From Mustelus asterias (taxonomy: Eukaryota): DNA of 64,000 nucleotides. A program made the position numbers and the translations under genes. The notes beneath the pieces were generated by a model, which saw only the letters and a list, made by a program, of their open reading frames with translations, did no database searches and was not told the origin of the DNA. Shown here in pieces: positions 1-12,200 of the stretch; position 1 is the first letter of the stretch, and every line of letters begins with the position of its first letter. Location: NCBI RefSeq assembly GCF_964213995.1, contig NC_135802.1, forward strand, positions 107,074,001 through 107,138,000, written 5' to 3'.

Positions 1-3000
1 TGGCAACACAGTGTCGTCCATGAATCGAGCGTTTATGGATAGGCCCGTTTTCCGGTGTTAAAGCATTGCAGACTTATTTTCATCTCTTAAAGTGCAACTA
101 TGATTACCCCGAGACTGCAAATAATATTGATCATTTAAACACTTCAAGGAATGCGGCTCCGGAAGGTGTTACAACCACTACAAAGCAATTAGAAGATTTA
201 TACTGTTTCCTTGTAATAGTTGTAGTTTCAAAACCAGGATATGAGCATAGCTATAAGTAATATAAAGAACCAGATGGTTTCTAACTTGAAACGAGGCCTC
301 GCAATTCACAATTTGAAAGATGACATGTTATTTCATCTCAGGAGAATGAAGTAGGGTGGATGAGGTGTGTGTTTAAATGCTGCTATTTTGTAAAATCTTT
401 CTTAATCAGTCAAATACACGAATGGCTGCAAACTAAGTCCCAGTTTTATTTCACCAGCCAAGGGAAATTACATCTGCTGTTACTAATTAGGCTGCACCAG
501 TCCTGATCACCGCAGGAACAAATAAGACTTAAGGCCAGAAAATACCCTCTTATTAACGCCGTAATTAAATCTAATTTACACACTTGTGGATTTTACAATA
601 TTGCAGCTTTCTTTGGTTTTATTCCCCTAAAATGATTGGCGTGCCCTTATTTCAACGATGCCAAAATTCAATGCACTACATTTCAGTTTCTATCTTTGGC
701 GATATTTTATTTTGTATTGTCATTAGGAAGTTTTTGCTGTCTGCACGGAAATGTAAATACGTCAACGGAAAGAATAAATCGCAACGGTTGTATTGTAATC
801 TTTCGCAGGCCATTTCCTAATTAATCGTAATCTTGTGTGGAAGGACAATTAATTGGTGCCGTATTTTCTGCAGAAGCAATGTTGCTTTCAAAAATGATTT
901 CCAAAATATATAATCAAAGCACATTAGAGATGCAATGATTCAAATTGCTTTGTGTTGTTTTCCACCTCAGCGATGAATACAGATCGAGTTGTTGTTTGAT
1001 ACCTTCTATTAGCTCCTTAGTAGCCATTTGCCCCACTCTGTGTGTTCATACTCTAATTATATTGCCTTGTTTTCTCCAGTTTTCCTGAGACACAATGCAG
1101 CAGCAGTTGTGAGTGGTTATTAGTGGTTCCATCTAATTGGAAAATAATGACTGTGCTTTAAACGTTGCCCTTTTGTTCATCTTTTAATATCACCTTTTGC
1201 TCATCTGTTTTTCGGTTATTTGCACCATACCAACTTGTGAGAAGATTCTCCATTATACGTGTGGAGCATTTGTGGGGGCTTCATCATCAAACCTTCACTT
1301 TTGTGTCCTGGACGTGATGAATAAACGAAAACCAAAGATAAAACGTAAAGAAAAGCATAAACAGCAAAGATGAGAAAACTTCGAATTTATTAAAATGCAA
1401 GGTACAATTGGAAGAAAAAGCACACATTGCAATACATGGTTAGAGGCTATAAGGGCTGAAACTGAGGAAAGCGGCAAGCGTCGGCCTTAATCAGAGGGTT
1501 GGAGACTGGCGTGTTCGTGCACGTTTTCCTCCAGAATTGTGCTGCATTTATACTCACAATTCGAATAGAAAAGGGCTTTTGATTTCGATCAGCTTTCGGT
1601 TTATTTTCAGTCAGTCTATAATTAGGAAAGAGAGACAGGTATAAGCTTTCAGGACTGAAAATTAACCCACTTGAGGCATTTTAACAACTTGCCATCAATG
1701 AGGTAGCATCCATCCCAAATAGACATTTCTAACGTTCAAAAATGTAAAATTGTCCGACTACTAAACAACCGCGTTCACCACTTCACCCTCATTCCTAATC
1801 ATTGCCTCTAATTGGCACGTTTCGACTTCGGTCATGGGTGCTGGAGCAATATTTATTCAAGTGCTTAAATATTTTCCCTGCAAAAATATACGCACACTCC
1901 TCATTAATATATATGTGTGTTGTTTGCAGTACCCTTGGTATTTCAGTATGTGATGTAACCATTGTTGACAGGAAAGGAAATCTAACGAGATAATGAGATC
2001 TTTAGCAAGGAGCCTTTGGCTTCCGTCCTTCCACTACGATCTGATGCCGCGCTCAGGGCGCAGTAAATGCTCTGTTATTCCAAAACACAAATGTCTCCAT
2101 TGAGATGTTCAAAAATGTCTAATTATTCCAAAAGAAACATTCCACTATTTTATGGTCGATAAAACCTTAACAGTGTGCAATTATGGAAAATCGAAGTTGG
2201 GATTTGGGGAATATTAGAGAATTTCAATCATATGCAATTAAAACAACATTCTGATGGAAGGGAGCCACAGACAGGCTTATCCAATATAAAGTCGAGCCTC
2301 TGCAGGTCGTTTGGCCGTTTAAACAAATCCGGTGATCGTTGGTTAAATACTTTTTTCTAGAAGTATTGTGGCGTTTGTGTACTAAATGCACATGTATATG
2401 CATGCATGCTTTAATGAAGAGTGCTAGTGCAATAACAATTACTCCTACACACAATTACTGTGAGATCCTTTCAAAGCTGAGATAACCGCGTTGTGCCCCA
2501 CAGTTGGGATTTTCTTTATAAGAATATCAAAATTAAATCTATAAATCATTTCCCTGAATATATACCCTTGCTACCAAGTTATTTCTGTTTATTTTGCCAG
2601 TATAAATTTACTGAATACAACACTTAGGGACCCTTGATATTGTGGGACTCAGTAGTTGTAGACGCTATTGTTCTTTACCGAGTTGAAAATGGATAGAGAT
2701 TCATATTATGGAGGGACTGATGTCTGATTATTCTCATCTAGTCTTCACAAGCTAGCAAAGAAAATGTTGTGCTTGTAAGATGACATATACAAATGGAAAA
2801 AAGAATGAATAGAAATGCTCAATCCTTGCAACGGTTATTTACCCATCTAAACTACTCTGTGAGTCTACATAGAACGCACAGCTACAGAACTAGAGATTTG
2901 TTGATTTATTTCTACGTACCCTCTATTTTCTATCATCTATCTTCTAATCACTGTTGATCCAGCTATTGTTGGATGCGTAATGCAGAGTCACATTTCCCTA

Positions 3001-3169
3001 TGTGAGGTTATATGGAATAAGTATGCATAACTATAGCCTGTAACCTCATAGTGTTCTTATTGGGTCACTAATATTCCATTAAAACCACCTCTGTTATAGT
3101 TCAGAACTGATTTGGTTGTTTGTAACTTTGCTAGCTCAGTCGCCGGATCTCCAGGGAGTTTTTTGAACC

Positions 3170-3332
3170 AAAGTCGGTTTCTATTGGCCAGAGACTGATC
3201 AGCTGGTTATATTTGCTGCTGTCGCTTTGGCGCTCGGCCATCCTGAAACAAACCACCTCGATGACTACTAATAGCTAAACCACATTGTGTACTAATACAT
3301 AACAAATCATATTACTACAGAGTGTGGAGCAA
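3170..3332 (+). promoter_or_regulatory. HoxA6 proximal promoter/5' leader
   Basis: ATTGG (reverse CCAAT) at 3183 followed by E-box CAGCTG at 3200, directly upstream of the ATG. Confidence 0.6.
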
Positions 3333-3762
3333 ATGAGTTCGTATTTTGTGAACCCTACTTTCCCTGTTTCACTGCCCAGTGGCCAGGACTCCTTCCTCGG
3401 ACAGATCCCACTCTATACAACGGGGTATGATGCTCTAAGGCACTTTCCTGCTTCCTATGGGGCAGCGACGCTCCAGGATAAGAGTTACTCGTCACCTTGT
3501 TATTATCAACAATCCAACTCAGTAATAGCTTGCAATCGGGCATCGTATGAGTATGGGGCTTCGTGTTTCTATCCTGAAAAGGATCTAACCAGTGTCTCGC
3601 CATCCGGTAGTGGAAAGCATAGAGCCCAGGATGACTTCTTTTCCTCAGACCAACATTACAAAACAGATTGTGCGCAAAACAAAATTTTAAGTGAAGATGG
3701 AAACGACCGGAAGTACAGTACTCCAATTTATCCTTGGATGCAACGAATGAATTCGAGTTCTA
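3333..3762 (+). CDS. hoxa6: HoxA6 coding exon 1
   Basis: ATG 3333 starts [10 protein letters not shown] (Hox6 N-terminus). Hexapeptide [10 protein letters not shown]. Donor A|GTGAGT at 3762/3763, phase 1. Confidence 0.95.
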
Positions 3763-3823
3763 GTGAGTATTTACAGTAGAAAATGGTAAATTAAACTTGA
3801 CACATAGTTTCAACTTTACGTAA

Positions 3824-4216
<393 letters not shown>

Positions 4217-4750
4217 GAGCGCGAATTTGAAAGAAGTTAGTCTGGGCCTTTCTGTTTGGTAGTGAGTTCTTATGTGCTTATTCTGCCAAACAGGACAGAC
4301 AACAATATTTGCATTTCTTTTTGTTTTCGTTGCCCCTCTCTTTGAGTTTGTGTCAATGTATAAGTGGTAGAGGAAGTGTTCAAATAGGTCTGCATTCCAC
4401 AGGATACTATAACTATACGGTATTTAGGATTAATTGTTTTCCAATTGCGAAGTGTGAATGTTTCTGCTCCTATAGTCGTTACTATGTGATAATTTACTCC
4501 AAAAATAGTATCCCAATTGTTTCAATGGTTAGTTTTAGATATTATTTGACTCTTCAAATAATGAGCGTAGTGGATATCACCATTTGCTATTGATAAATAT
4601 TGTATTGTATGTGTCAATATTTTTACCGTATTAGTTCTTTTTGTTTTGTGTTGTCAAATTGAGAGGCCGTAGTGTTCAGTCAGCTTGTGCCATGTTTTCT
4701 CTACCAAGAGAAACATTTATATTTGCTTTTGACTTGTCAGCTGTAGGATA

Positions 4751-4756
4751 AATAAA
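4751..4756 (+). terminator. Candidate HoxA6 polyadenylation signal
   Basis: AATAAA about 535 nt after the stop codon. Confidence 0.45.
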
Positions 4757-4811
4757 GTCAGCCTAGCAACGCTATCGCTCTTAAACTGAAATTTCGCGAA
4801 TAAGATTTTCT

Positions 4812-4850
4812 TAAATATATATAAAATATATACAGTAATATATATATAAA
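4812..4850. repeat. Imperfect (TA)n microsatellite
   Basis: taaatatatataaaatatatacagtaatatatatataaa. Confidence 0.7.
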
Positions 4851-5911
4851 TAAGCTATCCCATTTCTAAGAGTTTAGCCTTCAGCTAAAGCTGCCGAAAA
4901 CTTTTTGTATGAAATAAGCTGTGAAAGGAAACTTAGCACTGTGAAATTGAATCGGTAGATGTCCTTGGTTCAGACAGAAAAAGACAGTATACGTGGTAGG
5001 AATGACTATTTAGTTCCTGGGTCCATTAAATACGGCAATTTTCACCAAACGCACAGCTAACGACATAGCTGAATCCGCGGTTAAATTATGAAACATTCTT
5101 CATAATGTTTATCCCAGAAAACCGAGAAACAAGTAACGGATATAACATCTCTTGTTTTGATTAGGTGAATGACTATTTGTGAAGTGGACTTTCCTTTGTT
5201 AGCTACTGTATAGCCTTTCACCCTAATCGAACCAACACAAAACTGTGTGTGAAGAAATTGTTTCCATGTAAATGTAGGCACAAGACCATGTTTATTTACC
5301 AATGAAAAGGGGATTCAGCGTTTACATGGACCGTGCACGAAAGTAAATGGAACGATTTGAACTCATTTTCAATATACGTGACTTGATTTTTAAGAACGCG
5401 AAGATTGCTTTAATAGTTTAGGGTTGCGATGGCTTCGAAATTTCCACCAATACGTGACTAAACCTTCACTACCATGAGCTATACGGACAAAACAGATTTT
5501 TTAAAAGAGTAGTATGCGAAAGAATTGGCCTTTTGATGTTGCACGATACCGATTTCCCCTCAACAAATCAGCGATGATAACCAAGACGTATGAATGCGCT
5601 CAATGCATAATAATTAAAATTAAATCTGATTTTTTAAAAAATCAAACCAATTCAGTTACAAGAAAACATCAAGTCCTATTTATAACACTGGCAGCGGGCA
5701 GCACTTAAAAAAAAACCTGCGCTTGGGGATTGAACAAATGTTCCGTTGTCTGGCAAGGATCTTTTTTTTGTTTGAAAGATGCCCTCCACATTGTTTTATG
5801 TGATTTATACTACGAAATGTAACGGTTACGTTTGAAATGTGTGGTAGCCTTAATTCGACCCGAGGCCGATTACCCCGTTCATCAGAACCACAGGATTCCT
5901 AGCCTCAGTCT

Positions 5912-5925
5912 CCAGAGGGTGGCGC
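5912..5925 (+). promoter_or_regulatory. CTCF site at the HoxA5|A6 boundary
   Basis: CCAGAGGGTGGCGC fits the CTCF core CCASYAGRKGGCRS with two tolerated deviations. It lies in a local GC island about 320 bp upstream of the HoxA5 ATG, where mammals have the C5|6 site. Confidence 0.7.
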
Positions 5926-6024
5926 GCAAGGACAACCCAAAGCTGCTGCTGGGAGCCGGCGGCGCGCCCCCGTGCGCGCTCCCCACGCTCTCCCTTCCAC
6001 GCAACCTTCCCGCTTGTAGCCACA

Positions 6025-6244
6025 GTGCACGGATTTACCTCTAGAGGTCATCAGCGAGAATTTACGACTGGACAACAAAAGCACGTGATTCTAAGTCGTG
6101 CCCCATATTTGGGCGCCTACGTAGGAGGGAACGAAGTACATGTCCCAGTCATTTCCATAATTCATCATAAATTGTGCAGGGTGCTAGACGCACAAGCGAC
6201 CAAGAGCCACAAATCAAGTAAAAATAAATAAATAAAAAAATCAA
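6025..6244 (+). promoter_or_regulatory. Highly conserved HoxA5 promoter/5' leader
   Basis: TTTACCTCTAGAGGTCATCAG...TTTACGACTGGACAACAAAAGCACGTGATT...CATGTCCCAGTCATTTCCATAATTCATCATAAATTGTGCA is recognised as nearly identical to the mammalian HOXA5 upstream sequence. E-box at 6082. Confidence 0.85.
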
Positions 6245-6821
6245 ATGAGCTCTTACTTTGTAAACTCATTCTGCGGTCGCTATCCAAATGGCCCGGACTA
6301 CCAGTTACATAATTATGGAGATCATAGCTCGGTGAGCGAGCAATACAGGGATTCTGCAACGATGCATTCCAGCAGGTACGGCTACGGTTACAATGGGATG
6401 GATCTCAGCATTAGTCGTCCAGCATCTAACCACTTTAATGCCAGTGAAAGATCTCGAAGCTACTCTGCAGCAGCAACAACAGCAGCAGCAGCAGGACCAG
6501 AAGCAGGAGCAGACACCAGGTACAACCAACCTGCCACATCCACTCAGTCTCCTTCACCTGACCCTCTGCCCTGTTCCGCCGTGGTCAGTCCGCCTGCAAG
6601 CGACAACCACCACGGAATCAAAAACTCCATAGCAAGCCCAACTACCTCCTCAAATTCCAGCAGCAGCAGTCACATCAGTAGAGATGGGGTTGGCACGTCG
6701 CCTGGTACCGAGGATGACACCCCGGCAAGCAGCGACCCTCCAAGTTCACAGAACGGGCAAAGCACAGCACAACAACAGCCTCAGATTTACCCCTGGATGC
6801 GAAAACTGCACATAAGTCACG
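6245..6821 (+). CDS. hoxa5: HoxA5 coding exon 1
   Basis: [33 protein letters not shown] is the HoxA5 N-terminus. Hexapeptide [12 protein letters not shown]. Donor G|GTAAAA at 6821/6822. Confidence 0.96.
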
Positions 6822-7201
6822 GTAAAATCCCTCCTCTCTTCTCTTTGCATTAGTGGAGTCCTAAATTACTCTGGCAAATCAAAACGCTAAATGTACATGT
6901 TAATGTTTCTTAATATCTTTGTAAGGAACATCTTTTTTTAAGTTGCTACTATATTTGGAACCAGATGGGTGGTGGGATATTTGTTAATAAGGTGTCTAGT
7001 TACGCATCAGTAATGTAAGAAGAAATAGGAATTGATAGATAGAAAAAGGTGTGGTTTATTATGGGACAGCTTTGTCCAAGTGGGCACTTTAACATTTAGT
7101 TCTAGCTAAGTTTCTGAAGTCATTTTGTTATTAAGGTCTGGGGGAGAGCGCAGTAGCTAGGCGTAGACATGCCGAGGCTAGATTTCGGTCTTGTGCTTTG
7201 A

Positions 7202-7543
<342 letters not shown>

Positions 7544-9024
7544 TCAATAGAAGTACTGGGCAGTAGCTGACCAATTAGCATAATGTCAATACAGTACTGA
7601 CTTCCAAAACTCTTTTCCCGTGTTACTTCTATGAAGAAAATCATTTCCATGTTGCCGTATTCCAATCTTTGAATCGTTAGTCTGTTTTCTGGCCGTACTG
7701 TTGCCTGTACAAGTAATCTGCTTACAGTATATTGTCTAGAAGTAACAACAATGTTGTAGGAGTAGGTTAGCCTTGTGAATTATAGCTGTTTAACTTATTT
7801 ATATTAATACAAGCGGTGTTACTTGAAGTAACTGTATAAAATCGTCCAGTAAAAATGTAATTATGTGTTGCACTCTGCAAAAAAAGTGTATGTAAGTGTT
7901 AGTGTTGCTAAATGTCAAAATAGCTCCAAGCTTGCAATACGTATTTAATTTCAGGCCATCGTCCTCTGTAATTGATATCGTAGTGTTAAATCACTGAGAT
8001 GCTACCTATTCTGTGTTATTAGTGAGCAGTGAATTTTGTGAAGGATATTGCGACTTTGAACTGTATGTCTATGCTGTGCCTTTGTATGACTTTGCACGAA
8101 CTCCAATAAGTGGCTCTTAGCGCAGCGTCAGTGTATGTTTTTTGTGACAAAGGATAAATATAAAGCCTAAAAGACTGGAGGTTTAAGAAATTCGTGATGA
8201 GCTTTTGTATTTGTTTTTAAAACTGACTGGAAGTTAAAATAAAGTTTCTATAGTAACTTTCCTGGACCTTGGCCTCCCAGATTAAGTATTTCTGTTGTGT
8301 CTGTTGTCCTGTGAATTAAATTGCTTCGAGGTTTGAGTCCAAAACTTACACTAAAACATTAAGTATGTTCTAATTTGTACAAGTTTGCACCACTACTCCA
8401 CTTGGGAATCTTGCAGTTTGGGCTTACGACAGGCAATCAAGTTGCGCAAATTTATAAAGTCGAAGTTCAACCAACAGATTTTCTAAATTCTTGATCACTG
8501 CAAATGTTGGAATTCAGTAAGAATTAGCAAATGCAGTATTTAAATGCTCTATTGTAATTTGGCATATTTACGCAATTCGTATTAAATGTGTTCGTCTCTT
8601 CTAACTGTATTCCATGCGCCCTGTCTGTTGCGCACTTCAACACCGTTTGCTAAACTACACATTTTCCGCAAATGCCCAATTTCTTTGTTGTTGCTGTTGC
8701 TCTTCTTGCACTTACTCAAACCCCCTTTATAGACATGGTTATTCGGAAACTGGTCTGAGAAAAAAGTGAACCCTGAAGCACTCCAACCACTTTGTTCCGC
8801 AGGTAGGCGTTAGTCACGTTCCCTCAACTCCTCGACCAAAGTGTAGCGTAAACGTTTCCCAACAGGTATTTTTCACTTTATAGAGTTAACTTTACTTACC
8901 GCGTGAAGACAGGACAGAAAATTCGCCTCTTAGTTCCTGACAGCAAGGGGGATCAGCACTTTTACCCTTTCTGCTTAGTGAGTGCTTGTCCTTTAAAGTT
9001 ATAATCAATAAACTTTTATACACC

Positions 9025-9220
9025 TCAGTTCCGGCTATATGACATTTGGGTGCCAAATGAATAGGGTTTTGTCTATGAATTAGATCGTAAAATCATCCAT
9101 AGCACAGACTGATAGCCTCACTGGCTATAAAAAATCACGTGGTGTCATTAAAGTAAGTTTTATGGTTTTGGGGAGTTGACAACCAACAGTATATTCTACA
9201 TAACATATAATCTCACTGAC
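9025..9220 (+). promoter_or_regulatory. Conserved Hox5-Hox4 intergenic element (Cdx-site enhancer / distal promoter)
   Basis: TGACATTTGGGTGCCAAATGAATAGGG...GATCGTAAAA...TCACGTGG..CATTAAAGTAAGTTTTATGGTTTTGGGGAGTTGACA. Contains an E-box, Cdx-type TTTATGG/TCGTAAA and Meis TGACA sites. Recognised as the element shared by paralogous clusters 3' of Hox5. Confidence 0.75.
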
Positions 9221-12200
9221 GCTGGACTTCATTTGGTTCCTTTGCAGATTGCGTGTGCAGACAGGCCACTCAAATGGCTAATTTTCATGTTCAGAGGACT
9301 ATCCACAGCTCCACAACTCCAGTGTACAGGAAAGTTGTGTTTTCTTGCAAGACAAGGTAAATTTTGTTGAAATATTAACGTTGATGACTTTTCACGAGGA
9401 GTTTTGGCCCAGTGAAATGGGCCTTAAGTAACACCCAGAGTGCACTGAGGCAGAAGCAAGTGTGGGCAAAGTACTTGACTAGTTTCTTTCTGTGTTCCCA
9501 TTGAGCTTTTATTTTACAAGCCAGGTTTTAAAAAATGAATGGGTAAAACAGGAGAAGAATTAAACTTTTGAAAAGACAAGTGGTTTCCCGTTTTAAAACA
9601 TCTTATATGTTAAAAGTTTTAGGGGATATTCAATTGATTTTCATTAAATGTTACTGGCATTGTTCAGTACTTTAATATGTGGAGCAGAACATTCTTATTC
9701 CTTTTCATGGGTTCTTTACCCGCAGCTCTGTTGTGTCACTTGTTTATTTGTGTTTTCTTGAGGGGAGTATAATGCTCCTGATATGTGTTGAGAAATATAG
9801 ATGTTCAGTCGTCTTAATTATTACGCATTTAGGATAGTTGTAGGGCACTGATACTTTAGTGCGTATTGTGCAAGCATTAGCAACTTATTATCACTCTGTA
9901 TTACAGCAAAGTCCTTGTCGTCACACACCTGATTAAGGTATCATTCACTTTATTAGAAACACTATTTTCACACATTAAACCTATCCCCTCCTTATTTTCA
10001 GTTTAACTTTTATGGCAACAAAAATCATCCTCTTGAGCACTCCAAATGCACATGTTATAAATAAATATGTGAATGCGGAAGAACATAACAATCTTAATCC
10101 AAATAGTCTCGAATGAGGTATACGTGAGATATAAACACTTAAAGTTAAAGAAAAGAGTTAAAGAAAACCCGCTTTGAAATACAGCCAGCGAAAGAGTTAC
10201 TGCAACTTTAAATCTGACTGCTGTAACACTAACATAGCTTTTGGTGAATTGAAGGTTTCCCACAGTTGTGACTGACGAACCATAAACTTTATGACCGGCT
10301 TTTCATTCTTTGAAGCTTCCGCTAGTCTAGTGTGTATATGGAGACTCACATGTGTAATTTACTGCTTGAAGATAAAGTGTTTCAAAAGGAAAATGCAACA
10401 TTTCATAAATTTGGAAGACTTGATTATTCCATTTTTCTCTATATGGACAAATCCAACTTATAGCATAGGGGGTGGGGATGGCAGTCGGCCACACGTTTAA
10501 AAGGGATAATATGGTAGAAAGCAATTACCCTGTAGAATTTCTACTCAAAACATTCCACTGCAATTAGGCCAATTTTACGATGTGCTATAAAGATCCAACG
10601 GTAAATAGAGGAAATCAGCCCCAATATCAGTATTGCAGTTCCGGATCGGCCATGTCAAACGCGTCAATCTGTTGTAATTTCCTTTGTATTAGTTTACATT
10701 TAAATATGACAGTTTAATATATCATCTGTCCAAATCACTTAAATCCTTTTTACAACAAGACAAAACATGTTTTAGTTTCACCCAGTGCTACAGTGGCATC
10801 CAGTGTAACATTACATGTCAGTTATTAAATTTGAAATTGATGTATTTGTAATTGTTTTCCTAAGCATTAGTGATAACAAGTTATTTCGTTTCACATTGCA
10901 CAAGGGTCTGTGCTTTTGATGTGTTTATTTTCTCGCCGAAAACACTAACATTTTTCTGTCTAAAAAGCGAGACTCCAAAGTGGGGGTGGGGGGTTGGGGT
11001 GGATGGATTTAGTGCTAGCGGGGTACACAATGTATATTCAAAGGATTAAACATGCAAATGTTTATCTAAATTGAGTAATCAAATACGTTACAAAGTGTAG
11101 ATAGCCTGTGGGAACCGGTGAAAATATAGTGTAGTTATGGGGTCCTTTTCAAGAAATCTTGAACTCCCGATCTTTCTTTCATCGATGAGGTAGTTATGCA
11201 TTCCCCAAACGCAGAGAATATCTTGTTTCCATATTTAGTAAACATTTGGTAAGTAAGATGTGTATGACCGAGGGGTTCAATTATTTCAAGAGAGCTGAGT
11301 GGAATTGCCTTCCAGAATTTTTTTCTATGGTTGGGGCTGCCACCTTACATGTATGTAAACTAATGTAGTTTTTTTTGGAGGGGGCGGTTATGGGGGTTCG
11401 CTTTACAGATGCGTCCTTATGTAACTTCTACACTGAAGAAAAACATGATTTGCAGCATAAAACCCATCTGTTCCATTGGTGAAACATACATTTTCAACAC
11501 GTTCTCTAATTTCTGTCATAACAGAAGGTTTAATCTGAAATTACAGTGATTCACTTTCCCCTCCCAAATCTCTTTTCCCATATATAAATCTGACTGGTAG
11601 TCTAAATATAAATCTAAGGTCTTTGATAAGAAGCAATTGCCAAAATTTTGGTTGAGGCACTTAATCCAAAGCTATCAGATATCATATTTGTACCTATCAT
11701 TTAACACTCCATCTCATTAATCAGTGTTTAAATATATATTTTAAAAGCTACTGTGCAAATTTACCAATTCTCTAAAAACATAACGCAGAAAACATATAAG
11801 TGTGAAACTAATAAAAAAGTTACGAGGGGTAAAATCAAGAGGTGGTCGCCATAAAATCTGGAATGTGACGTGCTTACGTTTCGTCTGTGTTAAGGGCACC
11901 GAAAGGACAACACATTTTTCAATAGCAATCTATGTTTGACTTTTGGGCACAATAGAATTTTGCCTAAGCTTTGCAAATGAGCTTCTGCAAGAAATCCAGA
12001 GCAGGGCATACTGTTAGCTTAACGCAGTTTCCTATTTGTAAACCTGTGCAGCTGCATATTATGTGAGAACGTGATGAATCTTCTTGGGCCCCCTTTCAGC
12101 GAATTTAGGGGGTCCCGCAGCATTGTGATTTTCTATTTATGAGCAAAGTAACAGATAATTGTTTTGGCGTTCATTAGCGCAGTAAAATAACCTGAAAGAG

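Noticed and set aside
2030-2070. GC-rich patch GCCGCGCTCAGGGCGCAG as a possible 6|7 CTCF site
   Set aside because: Poor fit to the core motif by eye; cannot be supported without PWM or ChIP data.
3355-3726. 123-aa minus-strand ORF opposite HoxA6, and similar antisense ORFs over A5, A4, A3, A2 and A1
   Set aside because: Shadows of coding exons with no recognisable domains or independent signals.
6393-6632. Poly-Q ORF in an alternative frame of HoxA5 exon 1
   Set aside because: By-product of the GCA repeat in the true frame.
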